Shown: piece after piece, positions 23,899 through 38,800 of the stretch | How the letters are laid out: each line of letters opens with the position of its first letter | Numbering within the stretch: the stretch's first letter is position 1 | Assembly (NCBI GenBank): GCA_030390025.1 | Contig: CM059432.1 | Location: 10,044,001 to 10,108,000 of the forward strand | Reading direction: 5' to 3' | Length of the DNA stretch: 64,000 nt | From: Squalus acanthias | Taxonomy: Eukaryota | Notes under the pieces: generated by a model | What the model saw: the letters and a program-made list of their open reading frames with translations, nothing else | Told to the model about the DNA's origin: nothing | Databases searched by the model: none | Made by a program: the position numbers and the translations under genes

Positions 23899-26800
23899 GG
23901 TTCGATGTTAACTGGGGGAGGCACGTTGCGGAGGGGTGGGGCATGGGCGGGAGGGAAACTCTCCACGGGGAGCTGAGCGAGAGGTCTGGACCATTGTAAC
24001 TCCCGAATATTGTAACTCCCAAATACAGTAATCCCCAATATTGTAACTCAGGAATATTGTAACTCCCGAATATTGTAACTCCCGAATATTGTAACTCCCG
24101 AATATTGTAACTCCCGACCATTGTAACTCCCGAATAATGTAAATCCCGAATATTGTAACTCCCGAATATTGTAACTGCCGAATATTGTAACTCCCGACCA
24201 TTGTAACTCAGGAATATTGTAACTCCCGAATATTGTAACTCCCGAATATTGTAACACCCGACCATTGTAACTCCCGAATATTGTAACTCCCGAATATTGT
24301 AACTCCCGACCATTGTAACTCCCAAACATTGTAACTCCCGAATATTGTAACTACCGAATACTGTAATCCCCATTATTGTAACCCAGGCATATTGTAACTC
24401 CCGAATATTGTAACTACCGAATATTGAAACTCCCGAAAATTGTAACTCAGGAATATTGTAACTCCCGAATATTGTAACTCCCGAATATTGTAACTCCCAA
24501 ATATTGTAACTCAGGAATATTGTAACTCCCGAATATTGTAACTTCCGAATATTGTCACTCCCGAATATTGTAACTCAGGAATGTTGTAACTCCAGAATAT
24601 TGTAACTCCCGAATATTGTAACTCCCGACCATTGTAACTCCCGAATATTGTAACTCCCGAATATTGTAAATCCCGAATATTGTAACTCCCGAATATTGTA
24701 ACTCCCGACCATTGTAACTCCCGAATATTGTAACTCCCGAATATTGTAACTCCCGAATGTTGTAACTCCAGAATATTGTAACTCCCGAATATTGTAACTC
24801 CCGACCATTGTAACTCCCGAATATTGTAACTCCCGAATATTGTAACTCCCGAATATTGTAACTCCCGAATATGGTAACTGCCGAATATTGTAACACCGAA
24901 TATTGTAATTCCCGAATATTGTAACTCCCGAATATTGTAACTCAGGAATATTGTAACTCCCGAATATTGTAACTCCTGAATATTGTAACTCCCGACCATT
25001 GTAACTCCCGAATATTGTAACTCCCGAATATTGTAACTCCTGAATATTGTAACTCCTGAATATTGTAACTCCCGACCATTGTAACTCCCGAATATTGTAA
25101 CTCCTGAATATTGTAACTCCCGAATATTGTAAATCCCGAATATTGTAACTCCCGAATATTGTAACTCCCGAATATTGTAACTCCCGACCATTGTAACTCC
25201 CGACCATTGTAACTCCCGACCATTGTAACTCCCGAATACTGTAATTCCCATTATTGTAACTCAGGCATATTGCAACTCCCGAATATTGTTACTCCCGAAT
25301 ATTGTAACTCCCGAATATTGTAACTCAGGAATATTGTAACTCCCGAATATTGTAACTCCCGAATATTGTAACTCCCGAATATTGTAACTCAGGAATATTG
25401 TAACTCCCGAATATTGTAACTCCCGACCATTGTAACTCCCGAATATTATAACTCCCGAATATTGTAACTCCCGAATATTGTAACTCCCGAATATTGTAAC
25501 TGCCGAATATTGTAACTCCCGAATATTGTAACTCCAGAATATTGTAACTCCCGAATATTGTAACTCCCGAATATTGTAACTCCCAAATATTGCAACTCCC
25601 GAATATTGTAACTCTCGAATATTGTAACTCCCGAATATTGTAACTCTCGAATATTGTAACTCCCGAATATTGTAACTCCCGAATATTGTAACTCCCGACC
25701 ATTTTAAGTCCCGAATATTGTAACTCACGAATATTGTAACTCCCGAATATTGTACCTCCCGACCATTGTAACTCCCAAATATTGTAACTCCTGAATATTG
25801 TAACTCCCGACCAGAGTAACTCCCGAATATTGTAAATCCCGAATATTGTAACTCCTGCATATTGTAACTCCCGACCATTGTAACTCCCGAATATTGTAAC
25901 TCCCGACCATTGTAACCACCGAATATTGTAACTCCCGAATATTGTAACTCCCGAATATTGTAACTCTCGAATATTGTAACTCCCGAATATTGTAACTCCC
26001 GAATATTGTAACTCCCGACCATTGTAACCCCCGAATATTGTAACTCCCGACCATTGTAACTCCCGACCATTGTAACTCCCGAATATTGTAACTCCTGAAT
26101 ATTGTAACCCCCGAATATTGTAACTCCTGAATATTGTAACTCCCGAATATTGTAAATCCCGAATATTGTAACTCCCGAATATTGTAACTCCCGAACATTG
26201 TAACTCTCGAATATTGTAACTCCCGAATATTGTAACTCCCGATCATTGTAACTCCCGACCTTTGTAACTCCCGACCATTGTAACTCCCGAATATTGTAAC
26301 TCCCGAATACTGTAATCCCCATTATTGTAACTCAGGCATATTGTAACTCCCGAATATTGTAACTCCCGAATATTGTAACTCCTGAATATTGTAAGTCTCG
26401 AATATTGTAACTCCCGACCATTGTACCTCCCGAATATTGTAACTCTCGAATATTGTAACTCCCGAATATTGTAACTCCTGAATATTGTAACACCCGAATA
26501 TTGTAACTCCCGAATATTGTAACTCCCAACCATTGTAACTCCCGAATATTGTAACTCCCGAATATTGTAACTCCCGAATATTGTAACTCCCGACCATTGT
26601 AACTCCCGAATATTGTAACTCCCGACCATTGTAACTCCCGAATATTGTAACTCCCGAACATTGTAACTCCCGAATATTGTAACTCCTGAATATTGCAACT
26701 CCCGAATATTGTAACTCCCGAATATTGTAACTCTCGAATATTGTAAAACAGGAATATTGTAACTCCCGTCTATTGTAACTCCCGAATATTGTAACTCCTG

Positions 26801-29800
26801 AATATTGTAACTCCCGAATATTGTTACTCCCGAATATTGTAACTCCCGAATATTGTAACTCTCGAATATTGTAATTCCCGAATATTGTAACTCCCGAATA
26901 TTGTAAGTCCCGAATATTGTAACTCCCGAACATTGAAACTCCCGAATATTGTACCACCTGAATATTGTAACTCCCGAATATTGTACCTAAGGAATATTGT
27001 AACTCCCGAATATTGTAACTCCCGAATATTGTAACTCCCGAATCTTGTAACTCAGGAATATTGTAACTCCCGAATATTGTAACTCCCAAATATTGTAAAT
27101 CCCGACCATTGTAACTCCCGAATATTGTAACTCCCGACCATTGTAACTACCGAATATTGTAACTCCCGAATATTGTAACTCCCGAATAATGTATCTCCCG
27201 ACTATTGTAACTCCCGAATATTGTAACTCCCGAATATTGTAACACCCGAATATTGTAACTCCCGAATATTGTAACTCCCGAATATTGTAACTCCTGAATT
27301 TTGTAACTCCCGACCATTGTAACTCCCGAATATTGTAACTCCCGAATATTGTAACTCCAAATATTGTAACTCTCGAAAATTGTAACTCCCGAATATTGTA
27401 ACTCCCAAATATTGTAACTCCTGAATATTGTAACGCTCGAATATTGTAACTCTCGAATATTGTAACTCCCGAATATTGTAACTCCCGAATATTGTAACTC
27501 CCGAATATTGTAACTCTCAAATATTCTAACTCCCGAATGTTGTAACTCTCGAATATTGTAACTCCCGACCATTGTAACTCCCGAATATTGTAACTCACGA
27601 ATATTGTAACTCCCAACCATTGTAACTCCCGAATACTGTAACTCCCGAATATTGTAACTCCCAAATATTGTAACTCCCGAATATTGTAACTCCCGACCAT
27701 TGTAACTCCCGAATATTGTAACTCCCGACCATTGTAACTGCCGAATATTGTAACTCCCGAATATTGTAACTCCCGAATATTGTAACTCCCGAATATTGTA
27801 ACTACCGAATATTGTAACTACCGAATATTGTAACTCCCGAATATTGTAACTCCCGAATATTGTAACTCCCGACCAGAGTAACTCCCGGAGATTGTAACTC
27901 CCGAATATTGTAACTCCCGAATATTGTAACTCCTGAATATTGTAACTCCCGACCATTGTAACTCCCGAATATTGTAACTCCCGAATATTGTAACTCACGA
28001 TAATTGTAACCCCCGAATATTGTAACTCCCGAATATTGTAACTTCCGAATATTGTAACTCCTGAATATTGTAACTCCCGACCATTGTAACTCCCGAATAT
28101 TGTAACTCCCGAATATTGTAACTCCCGACCATTGTAACCCCCGAATATTGTAACTCCCGAATATTGTAACTCCCGACCATTGTAACTCCCAAATATTCTA
28201 ACTCCCGAATGTTGTAACTCTCGAATATTGTAACTCCCGACCATTGTAACTCCCGAATATTGTAACTCACGAATATTGCAACTCCCAACCATTGTAACTC
28301 CCGAATACTGTAACTCCCGAATATTGTAACTCCCAAATATTGTAACTCCCGAATATTGTAACTCCCGACCATTGTAACTCCCGAATATTGTAACTCCCGA
28401 CCATTGTAACTGCCGAATATTGTAACTCCCGAATATTGTAACTCCCGAATATTGTAACTCCCGACCATTGTAACTCCCGAATATTGTAACTCCCGACCAT
28501 TGTAACTCCCGAATATTGTAACTCCCAAATATTGTAACTCCCGAATATTGTAACTCCCGACCATTGTAACTCCCGAATATTGTAACTCCCGACCATTGTA
28601 ACTCCCGAATATTGTAACTGCCGAATATTGTAACTCCCGAATATTGTAACTCCCGAATATTGTAACTCCCGAATATTGTAACTACCGAATATTGTAACTA
28701 CCGAATATTGTAACTCCCGAATATTGTAACTCCCGAATATTGTAACTCCCGACCAGAGTAACTCCCGGAGATTGTAACTCCCGAATATTGTAACTCCCGA
28801 ATATTGTAACTCCTGAATATTGTAACTCCCGACCATTGTAACTCCCGAATATTGTAACTCCCAAATATTGCAACTCCCGATAATTGTAACCCCCGAATAT
28901 TGTAACTCCCGAATATTGTAACTTCCGAATATTGTAACTCCTGAATATTGTAACTCCCGACCATTGTAACTCCAGAATATTGTAACTCCCGAATATTGTA
29001 ACTCCCGACCATTGTAACCCCCGAATATTGTAACTCCCGAATATTGTAACGCCCGACCATTGTAACGCCCGAATATTGTAACTCCCGAATATTGTAACTC
29101 CCGAATATAGTAACTCCCGACCATTGTAACCCCCGAATATTGTAACTTCCGAATATTGTAACTCCCGAATATTGTAACTCCCGACTCTTGTAACTCAGGA
29201 ATATTGTAACTCCCGAATATTGTAACTCCCAAATATTGTAAATCCCGACCATTGTAACTCCCGAATATTGTAACTCCCGACCATTGTAACTACCGAATAT
29301 TGTAACTCCCGAATATTGTAACTCCCGAATAATGTATCTCCCGACTATTGTAACTCCCGAATATTGTAACTCCCGAATATTGTAACTCCCGAATATTGTA
29401 ACTCCCGAATATTGTAACTCCTGAATTTTGTAACTCCCGACCATTGTAACTCCCGAATATTGTAACTCCCGAATATTGTAACTCCAAATATTGTAACTCT
29501 CGAAAATTGTAACTCCCGAATATTGTAACTCCCAAATATTGTAACTCCTGAATATTGTAACGCTCGAATATTGTAACTCTCGAATATTGTAACTCCCGAA
29601 TATTGTAACTCCCGAATATTGTAACTCCCGAATATTGTAACTCTCAAATATTCTAACTCCCGAATGTTGTAACTCTCGAATATTGTAACTCCCGACCATT
29701 GTAACTCCCGAATATTGTAACTCACGAATATTGTAACTCCCAACCATTGTAACTCCCGAATACTGTAACTCCCGAATATTGTAACTCCCAAATATTGTAA

Positions 29801-32800
29801 CTCCCGAATATTGTAACTCCCGACCATTGTAACTCCCGAATATTGTAACTCCCGACCATTGTAACTGCCGAATATTGTAACTCCCGAATATTGTAACTCC
29901 CGAATATTGTAACTCCCGAATATTGTAACTACCGAATATTGTAACTACCGAATATTGTAACTCCCGAATATTGTAACTCCCGAATATTGTAACTCCCGAC
30001 CAGAGTAACTCCCGGAGATTGTAACTCCCGAATATTGTAACTCCCGAATATTGTAACTCCTTAATATTGTAACTCCCGACCATTGTAACTCCCGAATATT
30101 GTAACTCCCGAATATTGTAACTCCCGATAATTGTAACCCCCGAATATTGTAACTCCCGAATATTGTAACTTCCGAATATTGTAACTCCTGAATATTGTAA
30201 CTCCCGACCATTGTAACTCCCGAATATTGTAACTCCCGAATATTGTAACTCCCGACCATTGTAACCCCCGAATATTGTAACTCCCGAATATTGTAACTCC
30301 CGAATATTGTAACTCCCGACCATTGTAACTCCCAAATATTCTAACTCCCGAATGTTGTAACTCTCGAATATTGTAACTCCCGACCATTGTAACTCCCGAA
30401 TATTGTAACTCACGAATATTGCAACTCCCAACCATTGTAACTCCCGAATACTGTAACTCCCGAATATTGTAACTCCCAAATATTGTAACTCCCGAATATT
30501 GTAACTCCCGACCATTGTAACTCCCGAATATTGTAACTCCCGACCATTGTAACTGCCGAATATTGTAACTCCCGAATATTGTAACTCCCGAATATTGTAA
30601 CTCCCGAATAATGTAACTACCGAATATTGTAACTACCGAATATTGTAACTCCCGAATATTGTAACTCCCGAATATTGTAACTCCCGACCAGAGTAACTCC
30701 CGGAGATTGTAACTCCCGAATATTGTAACTCCCGAATATTGTAACTCCTGAATATTGTAACTCCCGAATATTGTAACTCCCGAATATTGTAACTCCCGAT
30801 AATTGTAACCCCCGAATATTGTAACTCCCGAATATTGTAACTTCCGAATATTGTAACTCCTGAATATTGTAACTCCCGACCATTGTAACTCCAGAATATT
30901 GTAACTCCCGAATATTGTAACTCCCGACCATTGTAACCCCCGAATATTGTAACTCCCGAATATTGTAACGCCCGACCATTGTAACCCCCGAATATTGTAA
31001 CTCCCGAATATTGTAACTCCCGAATATAGTAACTCCCGACCATTGTAACCCCCGAATATTGTAACTTCCGAATATTGTAACTCCCGAATATTGTAACTCC
31101 CGACCATTGTAACCCCCGAATATTGTAACTTCTGAATATTGTAACTCCCGAATATTGTAACTCCCGACCATTGTAACCCCCGAATATTGTAACTCCCGAA
31201 TATTGTAACTCCCGAATATTGTAACTCCCGACCATTGTAACTCTCGAATATTGTAACTCCCGAATATTGTAACTCCCGACCATTGTAACTCCCGACCATT
31301 GTAACTCTCGAATATTGTAACTCCCGAATATTGTAAATCCCGAATATTGTAACTCCCGAATATTGTAACTCCCGAATATTGTAACTCCCGACCATTGTAA
31401 CTCCCGACCATTGTAACTCCCGACCATTGTAACTCCCGAATACTGTAATTCCCATTATTGTAACTCAGGCATATTGCAACTCCCGAATATTGTTACTCCC
31501 GAATATTGTAACTCCCGAATATTGTAACTCAGGAATATTGTAACTCCCGAATATTGTAACTCCCGAATATTGTAACTCCCGAATATTGTAACTCAGGAAT
31601 ATTGTAACTCCCGAATATTGTAACTCCCGACCATTGTAACTCCCGAATATTATAACTCCCGAATATTGTAACTCCTGAATATTGTAACTCCCGAATATTG
31701 TAACTGCCGAATATTGTAACTCCCGAATATTGTAACTCCAGAATATTGTAACTCCCGAATATTGTAACTCCCGAATATTGTAACTCCCAAATATTGCAAC
31801 TCCCGAATATTGTAACTCTCGAATATTGTAACTCCCGAATATTGTAACTCTCGAATATTGTAACTCCCGAATATTGTAACTCCTGAATATTGTAACTCCC
31901 GACCATTTTAAGTCCCGAATATTGTAACTCACGAATATTGTAACTCCCGAATATTGTACCTCCCGACCATTGTAACTCCCAAATATTGTAACTCCCGAAT
32001 ATTGTAACTCCCGACCAGAGTAACTCCCGAATATTGTAAATCCCGAATATTGTAACTCCTGCATATTGTAACTCCCGACCATTGTAACTCCCGAATATTG
32101 TAACTCCCGACCATTGTAACCACCGAATATTGTAACTCCCGAATATTGTAACTCCTGAATATTGTAACTCCCGACCATTTTAAGTCCCGAATATTGTAAC
32201 TCACGAATATTGTAACTCCCGAATATTGTACCTCCCGACCATTGTAACTCCCGAATATTGTAACTTCCGAATATTGTAACTCCTGAATATTGTAACTCCC
32301 GACCATTGTAACTCCAGAATATTGTAACTCCCGAATATTGTAACTCCCGACCATTGTAACCCCCGAATATTGTAACTCCCGAATATTGTAACGCCCGACC
32401 ATTGTAACGCCCGAATATTGTAACTCCCGAATATTGTAACTCCCGAATATAGTAACTCCCGACCATTGTAACCCCCGAATATTGTAACTTCCGAATATTG
32501 TAACTCCCGAATATTGTAACTCCCGACTCTTGTAACTCAGGAATATTGTAACTCCCGAATATTGTAACTCCCAAATATTGTAAATCCCGACCATTGTAAC
32601 TCCCGAATATTGTAACTCCCGACCATTGTAACTACCGAATATTGTAACTCCCGAATATTGTAACTCCCGAATAATGTATCTCCCGACTATTGTAACTCCC
32701 GAATATTGTAACTCCCGAATATTGTAACTCCCGAATATTGTAACTCCCGAATATTGTAACTCCTGAATTTTGTAACTCCCGACCATTGTAACTCCCGAAT

Positions 32801-35800
32801 ATTGTAACTCCCGAATATTGTAACTCCAAATATTGTAACTCTCGAAAATTGTAACTCCCGAATATTGTAACTCCCAAATATTGTAACTCCTGAATATTGT
32901 AACGCTCGAATATTGTAACTCTCGAATATTGTAACTCCCGAATATTGTAACTCCCGAATATTGTAACTCCCGAATATTGTAACTCTCAAATATTCTAACT
33001 CCCGAATGTTGTAACTCTCGAATATTGTAACTCCCGACCATTGTAACTCCCGAATATTGTAACTCACGAATATTGTAACTCCCAACCATTGTAACTCCCG
33101 AATACTGTAACTCCCGAATATTGTAACTCCCAAATATTGTAACTCCCGAATATTGTAACTCCCGACCATTGTAACTCCCGAATATTGTAACTCCCGACCA
33201 TTGTAACTGCCGAATATTGTAACTCCCGAATATTGTAACTCCCGAATATTGTAACTCCCGAATATTGTAACTACCGAATATTGTAACTACCGAATATTGT
33301 AACTCCCGAATATTGTAACTCCCGAATATTGTAACTCCCGACCAGAGTAACTCCCGGAGATTGTAACTCCCGAATATTGTAACTCCCGAATATTGTAACT
33401 CCTTAATATTGTAACTCCCGACCATTGTAACTCCCGAATATTGTAACTCCCGAATATTGTAACTCCCGATAATTGTAACCCCCGAATATTGTAACTCCCG
33501 AATATTGTAACTTCCGAATATTGTAACTCCTGAATATTGTAACTCCCGACCATTGTAACTCCCGAATATTGTAACTCCCGAATATTGTAACTCCCGACCA
33601 TTGTAACCCCCGAATATTGTAACTCCCGAATATTGTAACTCCCGAATATTGTAACTCCCGACCATTGTAACTCCCAAATATTCTAACTCCCGAATGTTGT
33701 AACTCTCGAATATTGTAACTCCCGACCATTGTAACTCCCGAATATTGTAACTCACGAATATTGCAACTCCCAACCATTGTAACTCCCGAATACTGTAACT
33801 CCCGAATATTGTAACTCCCAAATATTGTAACTCCCGAATATTGTAACTCCCGACCATTGTAACTCCCGAATATTGTAACTCCCGACCATTGTAACTGCCG
33901 AATATTGTAACTCCCGAATATTGTAACTCCCGAATATTGTAACTCCCGAATAATGTAACTACCGAATATTGTAACAACCGAATATTGTAACTCCCGAATA
34001 TTGTAACTCCCGAATATTGTAACTCCCGACCAGAGTAACTCCCGGAGATTGTAACTCCCGAATATTGTAACTCCCGAATATTGTAACTCCTGAATATTGT
34101 AACTCCCGAATATTGTAACTCCCGAATATTGTAACTCCCGATAATTGTAACCCCCGAATATTGTAACTCCCGAATATTGTAACTTCCGAATATTGTAACT
34201 CCTGAATATTGTAACTCCCGACCATTGTAACTCCAGAATATTGTAACTCCCGAATATTGTAACTCCCGACCATTGTAACCCCCGAATATTGTAACTCCCG
34301 AATATTGTAACGCCCGACCATTGTAACCCCCGAATATTGTAACTCCCGAATATTGTAACTCCCGAATATAGTAACTCCCGACCATTGTAACCCCCGAATA
34401 TTGTAACTTCCGAATATTGTAACTCCCGAATATTGTAACTCCCGACCATTGTAACCCCCGAATATTGTAACTTCTGAATATTGTAACTCCCGAATATTGT
34501 AACTCCCGACCATTGTAACCCCCGAATATTGTAACTCCCGAATATTGTAACTCCCGAATATTGTAACTCCCGACCATTGTAACTCTCGAATATTGTAACT
34601 CCCGAATATTGTAACTCCCGACCATTGTAACTCCCGACCATTGTAACTCTCGAATATTGTAACTCCCGAATATTGTAAATCCCGAATATTGTAACTCCCG
34701 AATATTGTAACTCCCGAATATTGTAACTCCCGACCATTGTAACTCCCGACCATTGTAACTCCCGACCATTGTAACTCCCGAATACTGTAATTCCCATTAT
34801 TGTAACTCAGGCATATTGCAACTCCCGAATATTGTTACTCCCGAATATTGTAACTCCCGAATATTGTAACTCAGGAATATTGTAACTCCCGAATATTGTA
34901 ACTCCCGAATATTGTAACTCCCGAATATTGTAACTCAGGAATATTGTAACTCCCGAATATTGTAACTCCCGACCATTGTAACTCCCGAATATTATAACTC
35001 CCGAATATTGTAACTCCTGAATATTGTAACTCCCGAATATTGTAACTGCCGAATATTGTAACTCCCGAATATTGTAACTCCAGAATATTGTAACTCCCGA
35101 ATATTGTAACTCCCGAATATTGTAACTCCCAAATATTGCAACTCCCGAATATTGTAACTCTCGAATATTGTAACTCCCGAATATTGTAACTCTCGAATAT
35201 TGTAACTCCCGAATATTGTAACTCCTGAATATTGTAACTCCCGACCATTTTAAGTCCCGAATATTGTAACTCACGAATATTGTAACTCCCGAATATTGTA
35301 CCTCCCGACCATTGTAACTCCCAAATATTGTAACTCCCGAATATTGTAACTCCCGACCAGAGTAACTCCCGAATATTGTAAATCCCGAATATTGTAACTC
35401 CTGCATATTGTAACTCCCGACCATTGTAACTCCCGAATATTGTAACTCCCGACCATTGTAACCACCGAATATTGTAACTCCCGAATATTGTAACTCCCGA
35501 ATATTGTAACTCTCGAATATTGTAACTCCCGAATATTGTAACTCCCGAATATTGTAACTCCCGACCATTGTAACCCCCGAATATTGTAACTCCCGACCAT
35601 TGTAACTCCCGACCATTGTAACTCCCGAATATTGTAACTCCTGAATATTGTAACCCCCGAATATTGTAACTCCTGAATATTGTAACTCCCGAATATTGTA
35701 AATCCCGAATATTGTAACTCCCGAATATTGTAACTCCCGAACATTGTAACTCTCGAATATTGTAACTCCCGAATATTGTAACTCCCGATCATTGTAACTC

Positions 35801-38800
35801 CCGACCTTTGTAACTCCCGACCATTGTAACTCCCGAATATTGTAACTCCCGAATACTGTAATCCCCATTATTGTAACTCAGGCATATTGTAACTCCCGAA
35901 TATTGTAACTCCCGAATATTGTAACTCCTGAATATTGTAAGTCTCGAATATTGTAACTCCCGACCATTGTACCTCCCGAATATTGTAACTCTCGAATATT
36001 GTAACTCCCGAATATTGTAACTCCTGAATATTGTAACACCCGAATATTGTAACTCCCGAATATTGTAACTCCCAACCATTGTAACTCCCGAATATTGTAA
36101 CTCCCGAATATTGTAACTCCCGAATATTGTAACTCCCGACCATTGTAACTCCCGAATATTGTAACTCCCGACCATTGTAACTCCCGAATATTGTAACTCC
36201 CGAACATTGTAACTCCCGAATATTGTAACTCCTGAATATTGCAACTCCCGAATATTGTAACTCCCGAATATTGTAACTCTCGAATATTGTAACACAGGAA
36301 TATTGTAACTCCCGTCTATTGTAACTCCCGAATATTGTAACTCCTGAATATTGTAACTCCCGAATATTGTAACTCCCGAATATTGTAACTCTCAAATATT
36401 GTAATTCCCGAATATTGTAACTCCCGAATATTGTAAGTCCCGAATATTGTAACTCCCGAACATTGAAACTCCCGAATATTGTACCACCTGAATATTGTAA
36501 CTCCCGAATATTGTACCTAAGGAATATTGTAACTCCCGAATATTGTAACTCCCGAATATTGTAACTCCCGAATCTTGTAACTCAGGAATATTGTAACTCC
36601 CGAATATTGTAACTCCCAAATATTGTAACTCCCGACCATTGTAACTCCCGAATATTGTAACTCCCGACCATTGTAACTCCCGAATATTGTAACTCCCGAA
36701 TAATGTAACTCCCGAATATTGTAACTCCCGACTATTGTAACTCCCGAATATTGTAACTCCCGAATATTGTAACACCCGAATATTGTAACTCCCGAATATT
36801 GTAACTCCCGAATATTGTAACTCCTGAATTTTGTAACTCCCGACCATTGTAACTCCCGAATATTGTAACTCCCGAATATTGTAACTCCAAATATTGTAAC
36901 TCTCGAAAATTGTAACTCCCGAATATTGTAACTCCCAAATATTGTAACTCCTGAATATTGTAACGCTCGAATATTGTAACTCTCGAATATTGTAACTCCC
37001 GAATATTGTAACTCCCGAATATTGTAACTCCCGAATATTGTAACTCTCAAATATTCTAACTCCCGAATGTTGTAACTCTCGAATATTGTAACTCCCGACC
37101 ATTGTAACTCCCGAATATTGTAACTCACGAATATTGTAACTCCCAACCATTGTAACTCCCGAATACTGTAACTCCCGAATATTGTAACTCCCAAATATTG
37201 TAACTCCCGAATATTGTAACTCCCGACCATTGTAACTCCCGAATATTGTAACTCCCGACCATTGTAACTGCCGAATATTGTAACTCCCGAATATTGTAAC
37301 TCCCGAATATTGTAACTCCCGAATATTGTAACTACCGAATATTGTAACTACCGAATATTGTAACTCCCGAATATTGTAACTCCCGATTATTGTAACTCCC
37401 GACCAGAGTAACTCCCGGAGATTGTAACTCCCGAATATTGTAACTCCCGAATATTGTAACTCCTGAATATTGTAACTCCCGACCATTGTAACTCCCGAAT
37501 ATTGTAACTCCCGAATATTGTAACTCCCGATAATTGTAACCCCCGAATATTGTAACTCCCGAATATTGTAACTTCCGAATATTGTAACTCCTGAATATTG
37601 TAACTCCCGACCATTGTAACTCCCGAATATTGTAACTCCCGAATATTGTAACTCCCGACCATTGTAACCCCCGAATATTGTAACTCCCGAATATTGTAAC
37701 TCCCGACCATTGTAACTCCCAAATATTCTAACTCCCGAATGTTGTAACTCTCGAATATTGTAACTCCCGACCATTGTAACTCCCGAATATTGTAACTCAC
37801 GAATATTGCAACTCCCAACCATTGTAACTCCCGAATACTGTAACTCCCGAATATTGTAACTCCCAAATATTGTAACTCCCGAATATTGTAACTCCCGACC
37901 ATTGTAACTCCCGAATATTGTAACTCCCGACCATTGTAACTGCCGAATATTGTAACTCCCGAATATTGTAACTCCCGAATATTGTAACTCCCGACCATTG
38001 TAACTCCCGAATATTGTAACTCCCGACCATTGTAACTCCCGAATATTGTAACTCCCAAATATTGTAACTCCCGAATATTGTAACTCCCGACCATTGTAAC
38101 TCCCGAATATTGTAACTCCCGACCATTGTAACTCCCGAATATTGTAACTGCCGAATATTGTAACTCCCGAATATTGTAACTCCCGAATATTGTAACTCCC
38201 GAATATTGTAACTACCGAATATTGTAACTACCGAATATTGTAACTCCCGAATATTGTAACTCCCGAATATTGTAACTCCCGACCAGAGTAACTCCCGGAG
38301 ATTGTAACTCCCGAATATTGTAACTCCCGAATATTGTAACTCCTGAATATTGTAACTCCCGACCATTGTAACTCCCGAATATTGTAACTCCCGAATATTG
38401 CAACTCCCGATAATTGTAACCCCCGAATATTGTAACTCCCGAATATTGTAACTTCCGAATATTGTAACTCCTGAATATTGTAACTCCCGACCATTGTAAC
38501 TCCAGAATATTGTAACTCCCGAATATTGTAACTCCCGACCATTGTAACCCCCGAATATTGTAACTCCCGAATATTGTAACGCCCGACCATTGTAACGCCC
38601 GAATATTGTAACTCCCGAATATTGTAACTCCCGAATATAGTAACTCCCGACCATTGTAACCCCCGAATATTGTAACTTCCGAATATTGTAACTCCCGAAT
38701 ATTGTAACTCCCGAATCTTGTAACTCAGGAATATTGTAACTCCCGAATATTGTAACTCTCGAATATTGTAACTCAGGCATATTGTAACTCCCGAATATTG